Positions 1 through 11,418 of a stretch of 64,000 bases of DNA are shown piece by piece. Origin of the DNA: Trypanosoma brucei (taxonomy: Eukaryota); contig CM000208.1 of the NCBI GenBank assembly GCA_000002445.1, positions 1,600,001 through 1,664,000 of the forward strand, given 5' to 3'. The notes below the pieces were generated by a model. That model saw nothing but the letters and a program-made list of their open reading frames with translations. It was not told the origin of the DNA and did no database searches. The number at the start of each line of letters is the position of its first letter. Position 1 is the first letter of the stretch. The translations under genes and the position numbers were made by a program.

Positions 1-2553
1 CTGCCGTGTCTCCGCCCCCACCTCAGCCACGTCAGCACCCACGGACCGGCGAAAGATTACCATAACCATCTGCAAAGAGGTGTAGACAAGAGACACAAAG
101 CGACCGGGTGTGCTACGAGTTTGTTTCACCCAACTCGTTAACAAATGAAGCACAACGCGCGCGAGGGGTGGGCAGCGTCTGACTGTTTCATACGCCATGA
201 CAGCAAATAGCTCAGCTGTTGTTTCCTCACCAGTAATAGGCATACAAGAAACGGGCGAAGCAACACTGAAACGCCTTGTAACGCTCTTCACAAAGCTGGC
301 CAGGAGTGCCGTACGGGCAGGGGCCGATGTTTTCATTTGACGAAGGAAGAACGACCAGAAGGTGCTGTTGGCGCCAACGGGAAGGGCGTATTCCACAAGT
401 GAATTTAACGAGACAGGGACGGAGCCAAAAGGAGAAAGCAGGGCAGTAATGATATTGTCCGCCTGCATGTTGAAATCTTGGATGAGTTTGCATACGCAGC
501 AACCCACCAATTTACGCATCTGGGGACTGAAATAGTGAGCACGATGAATAATCTTCAGTAGCAACTGGGCGTTGTCAGCGGCTTCTTTGCATGTGGGGGC
601 GCAGTCCGGGTACTCTACACAGTAATTGTTCTCATCCGGAGCAGTCGGAAGAAGATCCACATTACTCCCTCCCCGGCGCAACAGTAAATTTGCCAAGTAC
701 CAAAGTACAAGAGCGTCATGATTGCTATGTATCTGAATGCAACTTAGGGCCTGAAGTAATGCATCCACATGGCTGCGGTCGACCGCATTGCCTAGTAATA
801 TAACCAATTTTGCGTGTAGCGTAAGCAAGCTTGCCCTTTCCTCACTGTCCAACACACCAAAAGCTCGCGACTTATTCAGCACTTCCACCAACGTGCTTCG
901 GATGTAAGGTTCTATCTCTAGATAAAGTTCCTTGCGGTGCGGTCCGGCATGAGCAAAAATATGAAATAGCAAGAGGTGAACTGCACTGTCCAATCGCCTG
1001 GATGAGTCACACATCAGGCTTTTCAACTTTTCCCTGACAACCTCTGACCCTGCGCATTCAGTAATGGTGACCAACACACGTCCCAAGGAAGCGGTACCCA
1101 CATAATGAGCTGCCCCACTTGCCTGACAGAGCGGTGACTGTCCCCGTGTTTCACCACACAGTGCACAAATGGAACCTATATTCCAATTGTGCTGCAATAT
1201 AATATCGATTGCCTCACAGACGTGCCTCCCGTGCAACACCATATCCATCTCTGCGCATAGCAACTGCGGATCAACAATATAGGGAAAGGCACCACCTCCG
1301 ACAAGAGAGTTGCAGGTATCTCCGCCACTAGGCAAAAACTTTTCAAACGCCTCCTTTGTCACCTTCCCAAGTGTTTTCATGACGCTTGGGTTAGCGACAG
1401 CCCCAATGCACTGCAACATAAGGGTGGCACGCTCTGACGACGAAATAGAGCAGCCACGCACGACTTCGCGAAGAAGGAAAAGAATGCTGTATACTGTTGC
1501 AGGACTTTCCACTGCCCGAGCAACGGGGGAGTTCATTAGAACCCTCTTCATCACTCTCGCACAACTGCCCACGAGCGATACGACGATACCCGCGAGTACT
1601 TCAGCCTGTAAACGCGTATCCAGAGTCAAGGTGGCTACAAAGTAGGCTGCATGTGGCATCAAGCACTTCACCAAGCTCACAATCTCCAGTGATCCTTCCG
1701 TGACATCATCCAGGAACGGCTGAATGATCGCACATATACACAAGTAATAAGGGTTACTAGTGCCCATGCCAGGCGTACATAGACGTAGCAGCTTTCGGTA
1801 CAGGTGCATTCGCACCGCAGGTTGGTTGAGCGTGTCCTTGACATCTTCACTGCAGAGACTTGGGTACAAAAAACTTTCCACGAACTCCTTCCGAATAGGA
1901 GACCGAAGGGTCAGAAACACGCTAGTTAGACGAATTGAAAGCGACCGCCCGTACATCGGCCCTGTGCTGATGCATGGAGCAGCCCGCTTCAACCGCTCAT
2001 AGCATGCCACGATCTGTTCAACATGCATTCTCCGTGGACTCGAGCGAATCACATTCATCAGTACCTCTACTTGTTCTTCTCGATCAACCTCCTCAGCTGT
2101 TTTTAAAATAAGCGTCAATGCACGGTTGGAAACAAGTGACGATGTGGCCCTGCACAATTCCCGCAGCTTCCGCTGCCACTGATTAATTATGTCAACGGGG
2201 ACGACACCATGCTCCACAAGCGTGACAGCAAGAAGAGAGAACGCACGATATTGCAAACTCGGCACAAGAACCACGTAGTGCGCAGGCCCCTCAAGGGAGG
2301 GGGAAGAAAGCCCAAAAACATCGCCACGTATCACATCACGTACAAACGGGTGTTCCGACCTTTGGGTATCAGGGATAATGTCAATTGCCGTTGCTATCAG
2401 CTGCGCATATCGCTGAATGTCTTCAATGCACACGTGCGGCATTTGCATGTGAAAAAGAAATGTGGCATAACTGAGGGAAACACAAAATGGGAAACCATTT
2501 ATTAAAGGTGCCGTGCGCGTATAATAGGATGCCAGTTCTCTAAGAAAATTCAT
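1..2553 (-). CDS. Hypothetical protein, 5' part of the CDS. The C-terminus lies beyond the left window edge.
   Basis: Manual translation of the minus strand from ATG (plus 2553-2551, 'MNFLRELASYY...') gives about 850 codons with no stop down to position 1. It is absent from the ORF track because it has no in-window stop. An in-frame TGA lies about 40 codons upstream of this ATG, so 2553 is the first possible ATG. The predicted protein is Leu/Cys-rich with no motif I can name. Confidence 0.6.
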   Translation of the reverse strand, partial: MNFLRELASYYTRTAPLINGFPFCVSLSYATFLFHMQMPHVCIEDIQRYAQLIATAIDIIPDTQRSEHPFVRDVIRGDVFGLSSPSLEGPAHYVVLVPSLQYRAFSLLAVTLVEHGVVPVDIINQWQRKLRELCRATSSLVSNRALTLILKTAEEVDREEQVEVLMNVIRSSPRRMHVEQIVACYERLKRAAPCISTGPMYGRSLSIRLTSVFLTLRSPIRKEFVESFLYPSLCSEDVKDTLNQPAVRMHLYRKLLRLCTPGMGTSNPYYLCICAIIQPFLDDVTEGSLEIVSLVKCLMPHAAYFVATLTLDTRLQAEVLAGIVVSLVGSCARVMKRVLMNSPVARAVESPATVYSILFLLREVVRGCSISSSERATLMLQCIGAVANPSVMKTLGKVTKEAFEKFLPSGGDTCNSLVGGGAFPYIVDPQLLCAEMDMVLHGRHVCEAIDIILQHNWNIGSICALCGETRGQSPLCQASGAAHYVGTASLGRVLVTITECAGSEVVREKLKSLMCDSSRRLDSAVHLLLFHIFAHAGPHRKELYLEIEPYIRSTLVEVLNKSRAFGVLDSEERASLLTLHAKLVILLGNAVDRSHVDALLQALSCIQIHSNHDALVLWYLANLLLRRGGSNVDLLPTAPDENNYCVEYPDCAPTCKEAADNAQLLLKIIHRAHYFSPQMRKLVGCCVCKLIQDFNMQADNIITALLSPFGSVPVSLNSLVEYALPVGANSTFWSFFLRQMKTSAPARTALLASFVKSVTRRFSVASPVSCMPITGEETTAELFAVMAYETVRRCPPLARVVLHLLTSWVKQTRSTPGRFVSLVYTSLQMVMVIFRRSVGADVAEVGAETRQ

Positions 2554-3366
2554 GGAACTGAGGCTCTCCTTCAATCGGCACTGAACCCGCCTCACACACT
2601 GCGTGAACAACAACCTGTCTTCCTCCGGAGCCCTCTCCCATAAGTCTCTGACGGTGAGACGGCGAGGCTGCTGGGATATTGACATTTGTCGGCGACTCCG
2701 CGCAAGTGAAGGGTCCGCCCCACTTGACAATGAAGATCGAGCCGTCACGGATGCGGCACGTCGCCGCACTTGGTTCCTGGTGTTGTACGAAGCGAAAGAA
2801 TCCATACGTACAAAAACAATAGGTAGAAGGAAATTCTAGTGAGAATGAGCAAAAACGAAGCCAAACTAAAGAAAACTAAGGTGAAAAGGGTTCAAACAAT
2901 ACTGTTTCTTATATAGTGGCTATTGGTGATTTAATCCCGGTGAGGAGTCCCTTCCTTCCCTTCTTCGCGAATCGCTGCCTTCACCTCCCTTTTTCCTCGC
3001 TTCGAAAATTGGCCAAAATGAACGCGGAGAGCCAAGAGTGAAAAAGGAAAAAAGTGTTCAGAATCCCATACAAGTGCACCTACTGGGTCCTCCGTAGATA
3101 GAAATGATTACAAACATGAACACCCTGTCTCATCTGTACCAAACATATGAAGGATCTCCACCTCTTGTGGGAGGGGAAAATGTGGGGAAGGGGACCAAGG
3201 GGTAAGATGGCACATAAGGGGGACAGATAAAGATAACAGTGAAAAAAGGAAGTAATAAACAGCACTCCAAGGCGGATGTCAAGCGTACTCAGACCCAATG
3301 ATAAACTGGCACTTTTCACATTTACGCGAACCGCACATGCATTCGTACATACATTCTACCTTCCCA

Positions 3367-3386
3367 AACACACACACACACACACA
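3367..3386. repeat. (AC)10 dinucleotide microsatellite in an intergenic region
   Basis: Direct read: 'acacacacacacacacacac'. Confidence 0.9.
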
Positions 3387-3460
3387 AACTTCTGCGAGGA
3401 TTCGCATCAAACAAACTCCCCGTGTGCAAATTCTGATCGCACCTTCACTACCAAATGGGA

Positions 3461-4672
3461 CTAAAAGCGCTTGGGCCGTTTGCTCTTCTCTGCGAAGTTC
3501 CGCGCAATGTTCTGGAAGACAGGCGTCAGCAGCGGCTTCGCGAGTTGGGGAGCCCCAAGAGAGCTCGTCGCACGCTTTGGTACCTTCGTTACGACACCCG
3601 TAATGAGAACACGTTCCACGCCGCGTGCATCACGAAGGCGGGGTGGCTGCCCGTATTCTTTAACCCCATGCTTCCCAATTGCGGCCAGTTTACGTGGCGT
3701 ACGCGCGGCTTGGAGCGACTGCGGTGGCCCCCACGATCCAGCTGCCTTCTTAGAGTCCTCAGTACCGTATATGCTCGGTTGGGAAAGAAATACAGAGTCA
3801 TTTACCTTCCGAGAAAATTGGGCCACGTTGTTGGTCCCGTTAGAGATGCGCTGCCCACAACTAACCTTCTCTGACGACGTAAAACCAGTGCCGCCATCCC
3901 TAGGCGCTGCATCTCGGTGGCACAACGCAGCTGACACCCCTAGAAGACGGTTTTGCATTGCCTGCATAACATTGCTTATCACAGGATCCACACGTTCAGG
4001 GGTTATCGGTGGCGCAGCGGTTTCCGTGCCGTCGTGAAGCCGAAATTTTTCCTCCTGCTCGGGACCCACCGAATCCTCATCAGCACCCGGAGGTATTGTC
4101 AGTTGAAGCTGGGAGCTAAATGTGCAATCACTCTCGGGGCCCCGAATTGCCTGATCCCCATTTTTCCAACAAGAAATGGTGTCGTTGCAAGCATCCCCCG
4201 TCTGCATGCAGGCTGGATCTCGAAACCCACCACAAATCGGAGTTCTAGACGTGCTGCAAGTGGTTGTGTTAACAATGTTTGGCGATGGGAAATCAAAAAG
4301 TGGTCTAGCAACGGCGTGCCCATCCTCACCCCGCTCTTTTCCTAATGGCGTATAGTCCTCAACGCCCGCCTTAAGGCCTCGGTTTTTTGCCTTCCGGCTT
4401 CGCATACGTCTGCGACCTGCACTGCTCCTGGGTGAGTGTGCTCCACCCGCACTGGACATCGACCCCGGACGCACAGAATGTGGACAGTCTCCCCTACCGC
4501 CACTGTTTCTGGCACTTGATCTTTTGGTCGATGAGCCGCGGGGACCACTCGTGGAGAACGTAGGACTGCGGTCATCCACTTTTTCTCTGTCAATTTTTAA
4601 CTTGGCGGTCGCTTTCAAAAGCTCTTCAACATCTACACAAAAAACACCTACCGGCGGCCTTCGACTCATCAT
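3461..4672 (-). CDS. Hypothetical Ser/Arg/Gly-rich protein, probably largely disordered
   Basis: ORF track 3461..4927, but its start at 4927-4925 is TTG (plus 'caa'). The first in-frame ATG is the tandem ATGATG at plus 4672-4667 ('MMSRRPPVGVFCVDVEELLKATAKLK...'). Orientation matches the minus-strand cluster. No recognisable domain. Confidence 0.5.
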   Translation of the reverse strand: MMSRRPPVGVFCVDVEELLKATAKLKIDREKVDDRSPTFSTSGPRGSSTKRSSARNSGGRGDCPHSVRPGSMSSAGGAHSPRSSAGRRRMRSRKAKNRGLKAGVEDYTPLGKERGEDGHAVARPLFDFPSPNIVNTTTCSTSRTPICGGFRDPACMQTGDACNDTISCWKNGDQAIRGPESDCTFSSQLQLTIPPGADEDSVGPEQEEKFRLHDGTETAAPPITPERVDPVISNVMQAMQNRLLGVSAALCHRDAAPRDGGTGFTSSEKVSCGQRISNGTNNVAQFSRKVNDSVFLSQPSIYGTEDSKKAAGSWGPPQSLQAARTPRKLAAIGKHGVKEYGQPPRLRDARGVERVLITGVVTKVPKRATSSLGAPQLAKPLLTPVFQNIARNFAEKSKRPKRF

Positions 4673-5332
4673 GTAGCCAATACTTGGGGACACAGTAACA
4701 AACAAAGCAAAAAAACAAGGAGTTTTGAGCCGCCGACACAACCCAACAGTTTCTGATAGTAATCCCCTTCTGTACTTCTCCGCCTTCAAGGGCCCTCCGC
4801 AGTAACACGCAAGGACGTACGCGAGCAATGGTGCCAAGCTTGCTGCAAAGTGTTCATTGTGTCGCAAAAATAAGAAAATAAGGGAAAGGGGAGAAACAAG
4901 CACGGAAAAAAAAAGTGGAGTGGACAAAGAAAACGAGCGGCTCCGCTACGAAGCCAGTAGCAGCAAAGGCGCTGCGGCCTGTGTTACACTTATTGGACAA
5001 CGAGAAACAGTAGTGAAATGACAATAAAGTGAGGTTACGAATGATAACCGGCCTCAATGTTTATAGGTTTCGCCTCGCAATCACTCACGCGTCTCACAAC
5101 GACGCTCGTCGCAGCAGCAACTGTCTCTATATCCGGCACGTAACAACATACATACCAAGGCGTGTGACGCGTAGTTCTACATTCACAGGTCCATAGGAAG
5201 CGCAGTGGCCCACTAGAAAGGGGAAAGAGGCAACAGGACAGAAGAAAAAAAAAACAGCCCACCACGCCCACGCGCGAATGCGAGCTGCAACAAAGCCGTA
5301 ACTTGGAACAACCAACGTGTGAACCACAACAC

Positions 5333-6694
5333 CTACTCAAAGTTGCTCCGTGGCAGTGAAGCAATGTTAGCCGCCTGGCAACGCCTCTCCATCTCGAGCA
5401 ACGTCGCGCTGTACAACTTTTCTCCTTTCTTAAGCTCAAAGTGTAAGTCTTTTATCAGTTGATTTTTTCGTTGAAGCCATTCGTCGACCTCAGTCGCGAT
5501 GAGTTCCAGCGTCTTTGGTTCGAGGTTCATGGCGCGCAAAACACCTTCAAGTTGTACATCCCTTTCCTCTACAAGAGCGTGAGACTCGATAAGCTTTTGC
5601 TGGAGAACCTCATTGCGCTCCTCGACTACCATCACCGCTTGCCGGAGCGCGGATTCAAACTTCCCCTTGAGCTCCTCGCGCTCCCGGTGCACGCAGGCGT
5701 AACGCTCCTCCAAGGCCTGATGTTCTTCACGCTGTCGGCGAATCTCCTCACGCAACGACCTTAACTTAACACGAGTGACCTCGAGACCCCGCTTGTTCTG
5801 TTCATTCTGCTTCCGTTTCTGCTGCAGCTCCGCAACCTCACGCTGAGCTTCTTCTAACGGTGCAACAAGATTTTGATTCTCCCGATCAATATCATACATT
5901 AAAGTCTCATTATGCTCGTCGTTCTGCTTCATCTGCGCTATTTCTTCCTTTAAGGAATGAATGATTTCTAGGTTATTTGTGGTTATTTGGTTGTAGTATG
6001 TCTTCATTTCATGAAATTTCTCTTCATGCTGCTTAATGAGGGCGTTTATGTGCTCATTCTTTCTTTCTTCAATCTCATGAATCTCCGCACGGCGTCTTAA
6101 CTCCAGTTCATCCCGCAACACTTTTAACTTGGCCTCACAGGATACCTGCAGTCGCGCGAGCTCCTTTTCATGACTCTGTGTTTTTGTAACGGTTACCATG
6201 TAGCTGTGCGAATCGCGCTTCTCGTACACGTTCATTTCATGGTCAGCCGCTGCTGCCCGGAGCTGCTGGTCTTGCTGTTGGAGCTTAGCCTGTATCTCAT
6301 TCATGCGCTGGAGGTGCCGGTCTTCCGCCTCGCGAAGCAGACGGTCACTTTCATCCTTGCACGCCTGCGCCTTCTTCTTCCGCTCATAAATGAGGTGACG
6401 CACCCTCTGCTTGTATACCTTCATCTCTACCTGGTGTGACCGCTCCAGTTCTTCAATGCTCGCCTCCGCATTGAACAGCCGATTGCGATAAGTCTCCACC
6501 TCCCCCTTTGTAATCGTCCAGAAGTCATTCACCTTGTCACGCTCTACCTGGAAGTAGTTCCGAAGTCGCTCGGCCTTCGCCAACGCGTCATGAACCGATT
6601 CTAAAGTTGTGAGCTCCACTAGAGGATCAACTGGTGGCGGGGCCTTGACTGACTTTCTCCTTCCACCGCGCTCAGCAGCGGTCCGTGGTGGCAT
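5333..6694 (-). CDS. GAS8: Trypanin / GAS8 (dynein regulatory complex subunit 4) homologue, a flagellar coiled-coil protein
   Basis: 453 aa. 'RNYFQVERDKVNDFWTITKGE...HQVEMKVYKQRVRHLIYE...ELELRRRAEIHEIEERKNEHINALIKQHEEKF...YYNQITTNNLEIIHSLKEE' aligns block-for-block with human GAS8 ('RNYFQLERDKIHTFWEIT...HQVEIKVYKQKVKHLLYE...[32 protein letters not shown]...YYNDITLNNLALINSLKEQ'). ATG start verified. Confidence 0.85.
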   Translation of the reverse strand: MPPRTAAERGGRRKSVKAPPPVDPLVELTTLESVHDALAKAERLRNYFQVERDKVNDFWTITKGEVETYRNRLFNAEASIEELERSHQVEMKVYKQRVRHLIYERKKKAQACKDESDRLLREAEDRHLQRMNEIQAKLQQQDQQLRAAAADHEMNVYEKRDSHSYMVTVTKTQSHEKELARLQVSCEAKLKVLRDELELRRRAEIHEIEERKNEHINALIKQHEEKFHEMKTYYNQITTNNLEIIHSLKEEIAQMKQNDEHNETLMYDIDRENQNLVAPLEEAQREVAELQQKRKQNEQNKRGLEVTRVKLRSLREEIRRQREEHQALEERYACVHREREELKGKFESALRQAVMVVEERNEVLQQKLIESHALVEERDVQLEGVLRAMNLEPKTLELIATEVDEWLQRKNQLIKDLHFELKKGEKLYSATLLEMERRCQAANIASLPRSNFE

Positions 6695-7212
6695 TCAAAA
6701 ACGAGAAGAGCCTACGGGGTACGCCACGATGCAGTCTGAAAAGTAGTGCAGTCGCAACGTACAAATATATACAAAATTAGCAACAATTGTGGTAAGAACG
6801 GGAATTGGAGAAAGGAAACATGCGAATAATCTCAGAGAATTCATCGAAAAGAAAATATGGCGATATGCCGGCATTCGCCTCTTGTGGAAACCAATCTACT
6901 CGACCACACAACGGAGAGTACTAAGTGGACAATTGATTGGCAGCGCAGCCAGTGCACACGGGAAAAGAGCCGCCATTAAAACAAAAGAAAGAGCGCATGA
7001 CTGAAGCGCATGTAGGTAGTTTGCCTTCCAGCGTAAGTCGAGAAAAACCTAGTGTGGAGAACGGATCAAAATCAAAGGGAAGTAAAGGTGCACATGCAAA
7101 TGTGTGGATACATGCTCTCCCTCTTAAACTATCTCAGCTATACCCTCCGCACACGAACGCGACGACACGGGCCCAAGTGCAAGAAAAAAGATTCTATTTC
7201 CACCTATCAAAA

Positions 7213-8676
7213 TTAAACCGGCTCCCCTCTGTGCCTCTGCAGTAGCTGATCTTGCTCAAGCAAATCCTTTATGTCTCGCACCTTGTCACGGATGTTGCGC
7301 CAAGAATCACAGCGAACCTTCTTTACCGCCCACTCTTGTAACTCGTAGACACATGCCTTATATTCTCCTTTGCGACGCGCTGCCTCCGCAAGCAACTCAG
7401 CAGACGACGAAAGATATGTCACATGGGAGAGCGCGGCTGCCCTGTAGCAATCGTATGCCTCGCGGTCGATTCTCAAGCGATCTGTTAGTTCTAAAAGCTG
7501 GCGGGAGAGCTTCTCGTACTCGGGCATCATCCCCCGTAACTCTCTGCAACTGTCAAGGAGTTGGATGCACCGCCCGCACGCAGATGACCTTACTTCACAC
7601 CACGGGGTCAATGTACACTCCAGCGCCCCGAGAACTGTGCCTAACTGCAGGCAGAATGCGCTTTGACCTTCCACCTGGTCCTCCAACAAGGAATCTTGGT
7701 GCACCTCAAACAGGGTACGCCGGAACTGTTCAAGCGCCTTCACCTGAAGGTGTAACCACGCTTCACTCGCCTCCAGCAGCCATTCCTGTACAGTTTCGTT
7801 ATCCATGTACGGTTCAGCCTTTTCTAGCACTACATGGTAATTATCTGACATCACATTATAGTGCTCAAGAAGCGACTTACAGAACTCTTGGATGTGGTCA
7901 GGCTCCGTCAGTACATCTAGGTTAGCCTGCTGCTGCCGGCACCACAACACCAACCGGCGCTGTTGGCTGCCGAGATGCTCCACATCTCTAGCCCGTTCAG
8001 TCTCAGCCCTCGATCCGCTACCGACGGCGGAAACCGCTTTTTTCCCAAGTTGCATAACATCAGACAACAGCTGCCGCACGGCAACTAGCGATGGCTCGTC
8101 CATAGATGCAGATGCAAGGCGCGCATCTTCCTCTAGTGATTTCCAACTCGCGTTTAGTTGCTTCTCCTTGGCCGACCAGGTCGCCTTATTTGCCACACCA
8201 AGCCACGTGACGATAGACTGTGCCTTTGATAAACGGGGTGGAGTAAGTGTTAGTATGTGGCGTAATCCCTCCAGCATAACTGACAGTTGCGCGGATAAAT
8301 CTACCGAACGCGTAACAAACGCCTGGTACGCGGCCAAAGAAACATCATTCACGGACGGCAGGGGGCAGCCAGCATCGTCACATCCCCGAGAAATTCTATC
8401 AAGCAAATGCAGTTCCTTCTCTAGCTCCTCGACCTCCTCCTCTATGTTCTCTGCCTCTTGCTCTTCATACGTCTTCAGTGCATCTATCTGATTCTGTAGT
8501 GTATCGGTATGAAAGACGAAGCAGTCATGCAGTACACGAAAAACATCAATGGTGGTGGCCCGCTCCTTACAGTCGTCGCCTGCACTCTTCACTTTATTGT
8601 ACAGGGCGTTGATCCTCTCGCTCGATTCCTCAAACGCCTCAAGGAGTGTCTGAATCGCAACAGTCTCACTGCTCAT
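7213..8676 (-). CDS. Hypothetical acidic coiled-coil protein
   Basis: 487-aa ORF, ATG verified (plus 'cat' 8674-8676). Glu/Leu/Gln-rich heptad-like stretches. No motif I recognise. Confidence 0.55.
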   Translation of the reverse strand: MSSETVAIQTLLEAFEESSERINALYNKVKSAGDDCKERATTIDVFRVLHDCFVFHTDTLQNQIDALKTYEEQEAENIEEEVEELEKELHLLDRISRGCDDAGCPLPSVNDVSLAAYQAFVTRSVDLSAQLSVMLEGLRHILTLTPPRLSKAQSIVTWLGVANKATWSAKEKQLNASWKSLEEDARLASASMDEPSLVAVRQLLSDVMQLGKKAVSAVGSGSRAETERARDVEHLGSQQRRLVLWCRQQQANLDVLTEPDHIQEFCKSLLEHYNVMSDNYHVVLEKAEPYMDNETVQEWLLEASEAWLHLQVKALEQFRRTLFEVHQDSLLEDQVEGQSAFCLQLGTVLGALECTLTPWCEVRSSACGRCIQLLDSCRELRGMMPEYEKLSRQLLELTDRLRIDREAYDCYRAAALSHVTYLSSSAELLAEAARRKGEYKACVYELQEWAVKKVRCDSWRNIRDKVRDIKDLLEQDQLLQRHRGEPV

Positions 8677-9040
8677 CTAGGCTGTTTTCAACTTTTCTCT
8701 CTTATTGCTCATCGTTTCATTTGATATAACATTATCATCATTGTTCCCATTGTTAATGAAGGGGGGAAAGGAAGGGAAGAGGGAAGAGATGGGATGTCAA
8801 GTACCAAAAAAAAAACGAATACAAGCGGGGTGGATGAGGTAGTGGAGGTGAAAGAGGTCTGAAACGAGACCTTCTTCACCGTCCATCTGCCCCCTAATTC
8901 CGATACTCTGATATCGGTTTGGTTAGCGCAAATATATACGTTAAGGGAAGTGCACACTTATACAAAAGGAGGAGCATCCCCGGGAACTAAAAAAAAACAT
9001 TCTGGAAGCCCACCGAATACTTTAAGTACGGAGGAGGCAT

Positions 9041-9322
9041 CTAGTTGCTCTGCTTCAACTCACGAAGTCGGCGGACCGTCGACCGCACGGTTGTGTTGTT
9101 CGGCGTACTCAGCGTGTAGGCGCCACCAGCAACCGTCTTGCTGCAACCATCGCAGCGCCAGATGCCAACGGCCTTGCGACGGAATGCGAACTTCCCGCAG
9201 AAGGAACAGAAGTGTTTCGCATGCTGAGACACCTCCAGCTTCTTGGCGCGCTTACGCGGGTTCGAACCATAGCGGGCGCCATAGCGCCCCATGACGCCCA
9301 TCTTGACGGTACGCTTCGCCAT
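9041..9322 (-). CDS. RPL37A: 60S ribosomal protein L37a (eL43)
   Basis: 93 aa. '[19 protein letters not shown]...[17 protein letters not shown]...[24 protein letters not shown]...RRLRELKQ' is collinear with human RPL37A, including the C4 zinc ribbon CSFC...CDGC. Confidence 0.93.
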   Translation of the reverse strand: MAKRTVKMGVMGRYGARYGSNPRKRAKKLEVSQHAKHFCSFCGKFAFRRKAVGIWRCDGCSKTVAGGAYTLSTPNNTTVRSTVRRLRELKQSN

Positions 9323-10341
9323 TGCTACCTAAATCTCCAGGTGGTGCTCCTGCACAGACAAGAAAAATCACGAGAGGGCGGACGGATTCAAACATGGAGG
9401 ACAGTTGTCGAAAACTGTTGAATGGCAATTGAGGATAGAACGTAGTTGTAAACAACGGAAAGTGCGTACCACAAAGCAGAGACCTCTGCCTCCCCTCAAT
9501 TGGCGGGCTCTGACGCATCTGATCATACTTCAATACCTACCGGAGCGACCATGCCGGGAACGCCTTTCGGGGCACCCTCCCCCTGCTCTTTCAAGACCAC
9601 AAAACTTTTGGGAATAACTCTCATGTTAAAGCAACACCAGGCGAAGGCCAAGCACATCATCAGTGACCTGGTAATACAACTGCTTCCTTATGCCCCCGGC
9701 ACAGATATCGCACAAACATATCAATAAAATACCCCAGCAGAACAAGAAAAAATAAAAGAGAAAAAGGAAACTAACTCTCTTCCACCAAACGCGCGCACAC
9801 TTCACCCAACACAATTACGTTCACCGGTGGTACAGGGAGCCGCACCCCCATCTCCCCCCAAATCTCATGCCTTCTTCTTCGCCCCCAGGGGCACGCACGT
9901 GCACGCTGTCACCTCTGTTACAATGCCCGTGTTGCAAATGCCTACTAGAGAAATGCACATAGCGGTGCACAGAATTTGCCGACCCAAGAGCGTAAGTTTC
10001 ACGGAAAAAACAACGCATACGTACACGAAGTTGGTGGCCCAAAGGAGAAAAATGTACTAATGGTTGGGGAATACCCACTCTTCAGTAGGCGTGTCCACGG
10101 CATTCACACCATTCATCACAACTCACGTTGCGATGTCGTTCACGGATGGAAACAAACGAGCTCTCCGTCCACTGCGTCACGTCCACAGGAAAAAAATCTT
10201 TCCGTCTCTTACGTCATACCACAGAGCCTGAATACTTTTCATCCCTCTGCTCATCTCAACGGTGCTCATACTTCCACCAATCTTCACTGCGACTACGTGG
10301 TCACTGAGCTGTCCGCAAACGCTCTTCGGTGTCCATTTCTT

Positions 10342-11001
10342 TCACACCATAAAAAAAGATGTGGCTAACAAACCTAATGCTAACACCATTGCGCTTCGCA
10401 CGTGCCTCGTAATTGCCTCACCCACCTCTCGGGAGTGTAAATCGTCCGACCGCTGTGGTGAGGGCACGGCACCCACATTACTCCCGCCCTCATCTGCAGT
10501 AGGCACAGTGTTGCTCACACCTCCCAAATACGTACTCAGGTTCGTCAACCACTCCCTCCATGGAAGCTGGTACATAGCCCACAAAAGAGATATCGCAATC
10601 AGTGAATAAGGGTCGGAAGAAAAAAAGAAAAAAGAGGTACTGCTCAGAAAAGGAAATGCCCCTCGGAGTCGAAATGAATTCCCATCTGAACTGGATGGTA
10701 CTCTCGCAGCTGCCGGGCGTGGCGGCGGCCCGTGCGAAGCGCCTTGTGTCCACCGCGAAGAACGTTGAAACGAAGACGATGCACCCTCACTTCTCCCCTT
10801 ACCATATAATGGAATAATATCGCCATTAACATTCTCATCAACTCTTCCGCGACAGACCGGACACTCCGTGTTCACTGCTGATCTTGGGGGATGAAGCCAC
10901 CTGCTAAGGCACCTCCAACAAAAGAGATGCCCACAGCGAGTTACAACAGGCTCGCTAGCCACCTCATAGCATATGGCACATGAAAAGTCAGTACGAGACA
11001 T
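10342..11001 (-). CDS. RING-HC (C3HC4) E3 ubiquitin ligase of the RNF5/RNF185 (RMA1) type, with a C-terminal membrane anchor
   Basis: 'FSCAICYEVASEPVVTRCGHLFCWRCLSRWL...ECPVCRGRV...IIPLYGKGR' matches the RNF5 RING ('CNICLE...CGHLYCWPCLHQWL...ECPVCK...VVPLYGRG'). The C-terminal hydrophobic segment '...AMVLALGLLATSFFMV' is a likely membrane anchor. Confidence 0.8.
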   Translation of the reverse strand: MSRTDFSCAICYEVASEPVVTRCGHLFCWRCLSRWLHPPRSAVNTECPVCRGRVDENVNGDIIPLYGKGRSEGASSSFQRSSRWTQGASHGPPPRPAAARVPSSSDGNSFRLRGAFPFLSSTSFFFFSSDPYSLIAISLLWAMYQLPWREWLTNLSTYLGGVSNTVPTADEGGSNVGAVPSPQRSDDLHSREVGEAITRHVRSAMVLALGLLATSFFMV

Positions 11002-11418
11002 ACACTTTTACTGCTAAATACTTTTTGAACACTGCTAGAATTCGAAGCCACAGAAGCACAAAGAAAAGTCAGAAGTGGCAGAGTAAACCAGCAAAGCCAG
11101 TACAGATATTTAGAAAATTGGTAAAGGGCACAACTTTATAACCAGAGGCATACGAACATCACAATAAACTGTTAAACAAACACAAATGTAGTAATCTTAC
11201 GCAATAACAAACATTAAGATTTTTGCTCTTCCAAATGAAAGTAAGCGAAGAATAATCACACTACAACCTTCAGGACAAGGTTGCACAGATACAATTAACA
11301 AACCAGCAACTCTTCCATAATTAACCAATACCTTAAAATATAAAGAAACAAAAACATGAGAATTTATCATATGAACAGCAGTAATATCGACGACTGAAGA
11401 ATCCTGCAAAGAAAAAAA

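Noticed and set aside
3471-4037. 188-aa plus-strand ORF overlapping the 3461..4672 minus-strand gene
   Set aside because: It is opposite to the orientation of every neighbouring gene in the unidirectional cluster, and its translation is Arg/Ser/Gly-rich low complexity.
3461-4927. ORF-track start coordinates at 4927, 32512, 42304 and 50766
   Set aside because: Each of these 'M' starts is a TTG in the DNA, so the track evidently allows alternative start codons. For a eukaryotic nuclear genome I moved each to the first in-frame ATG (4672, 32554, 42328, 50841).
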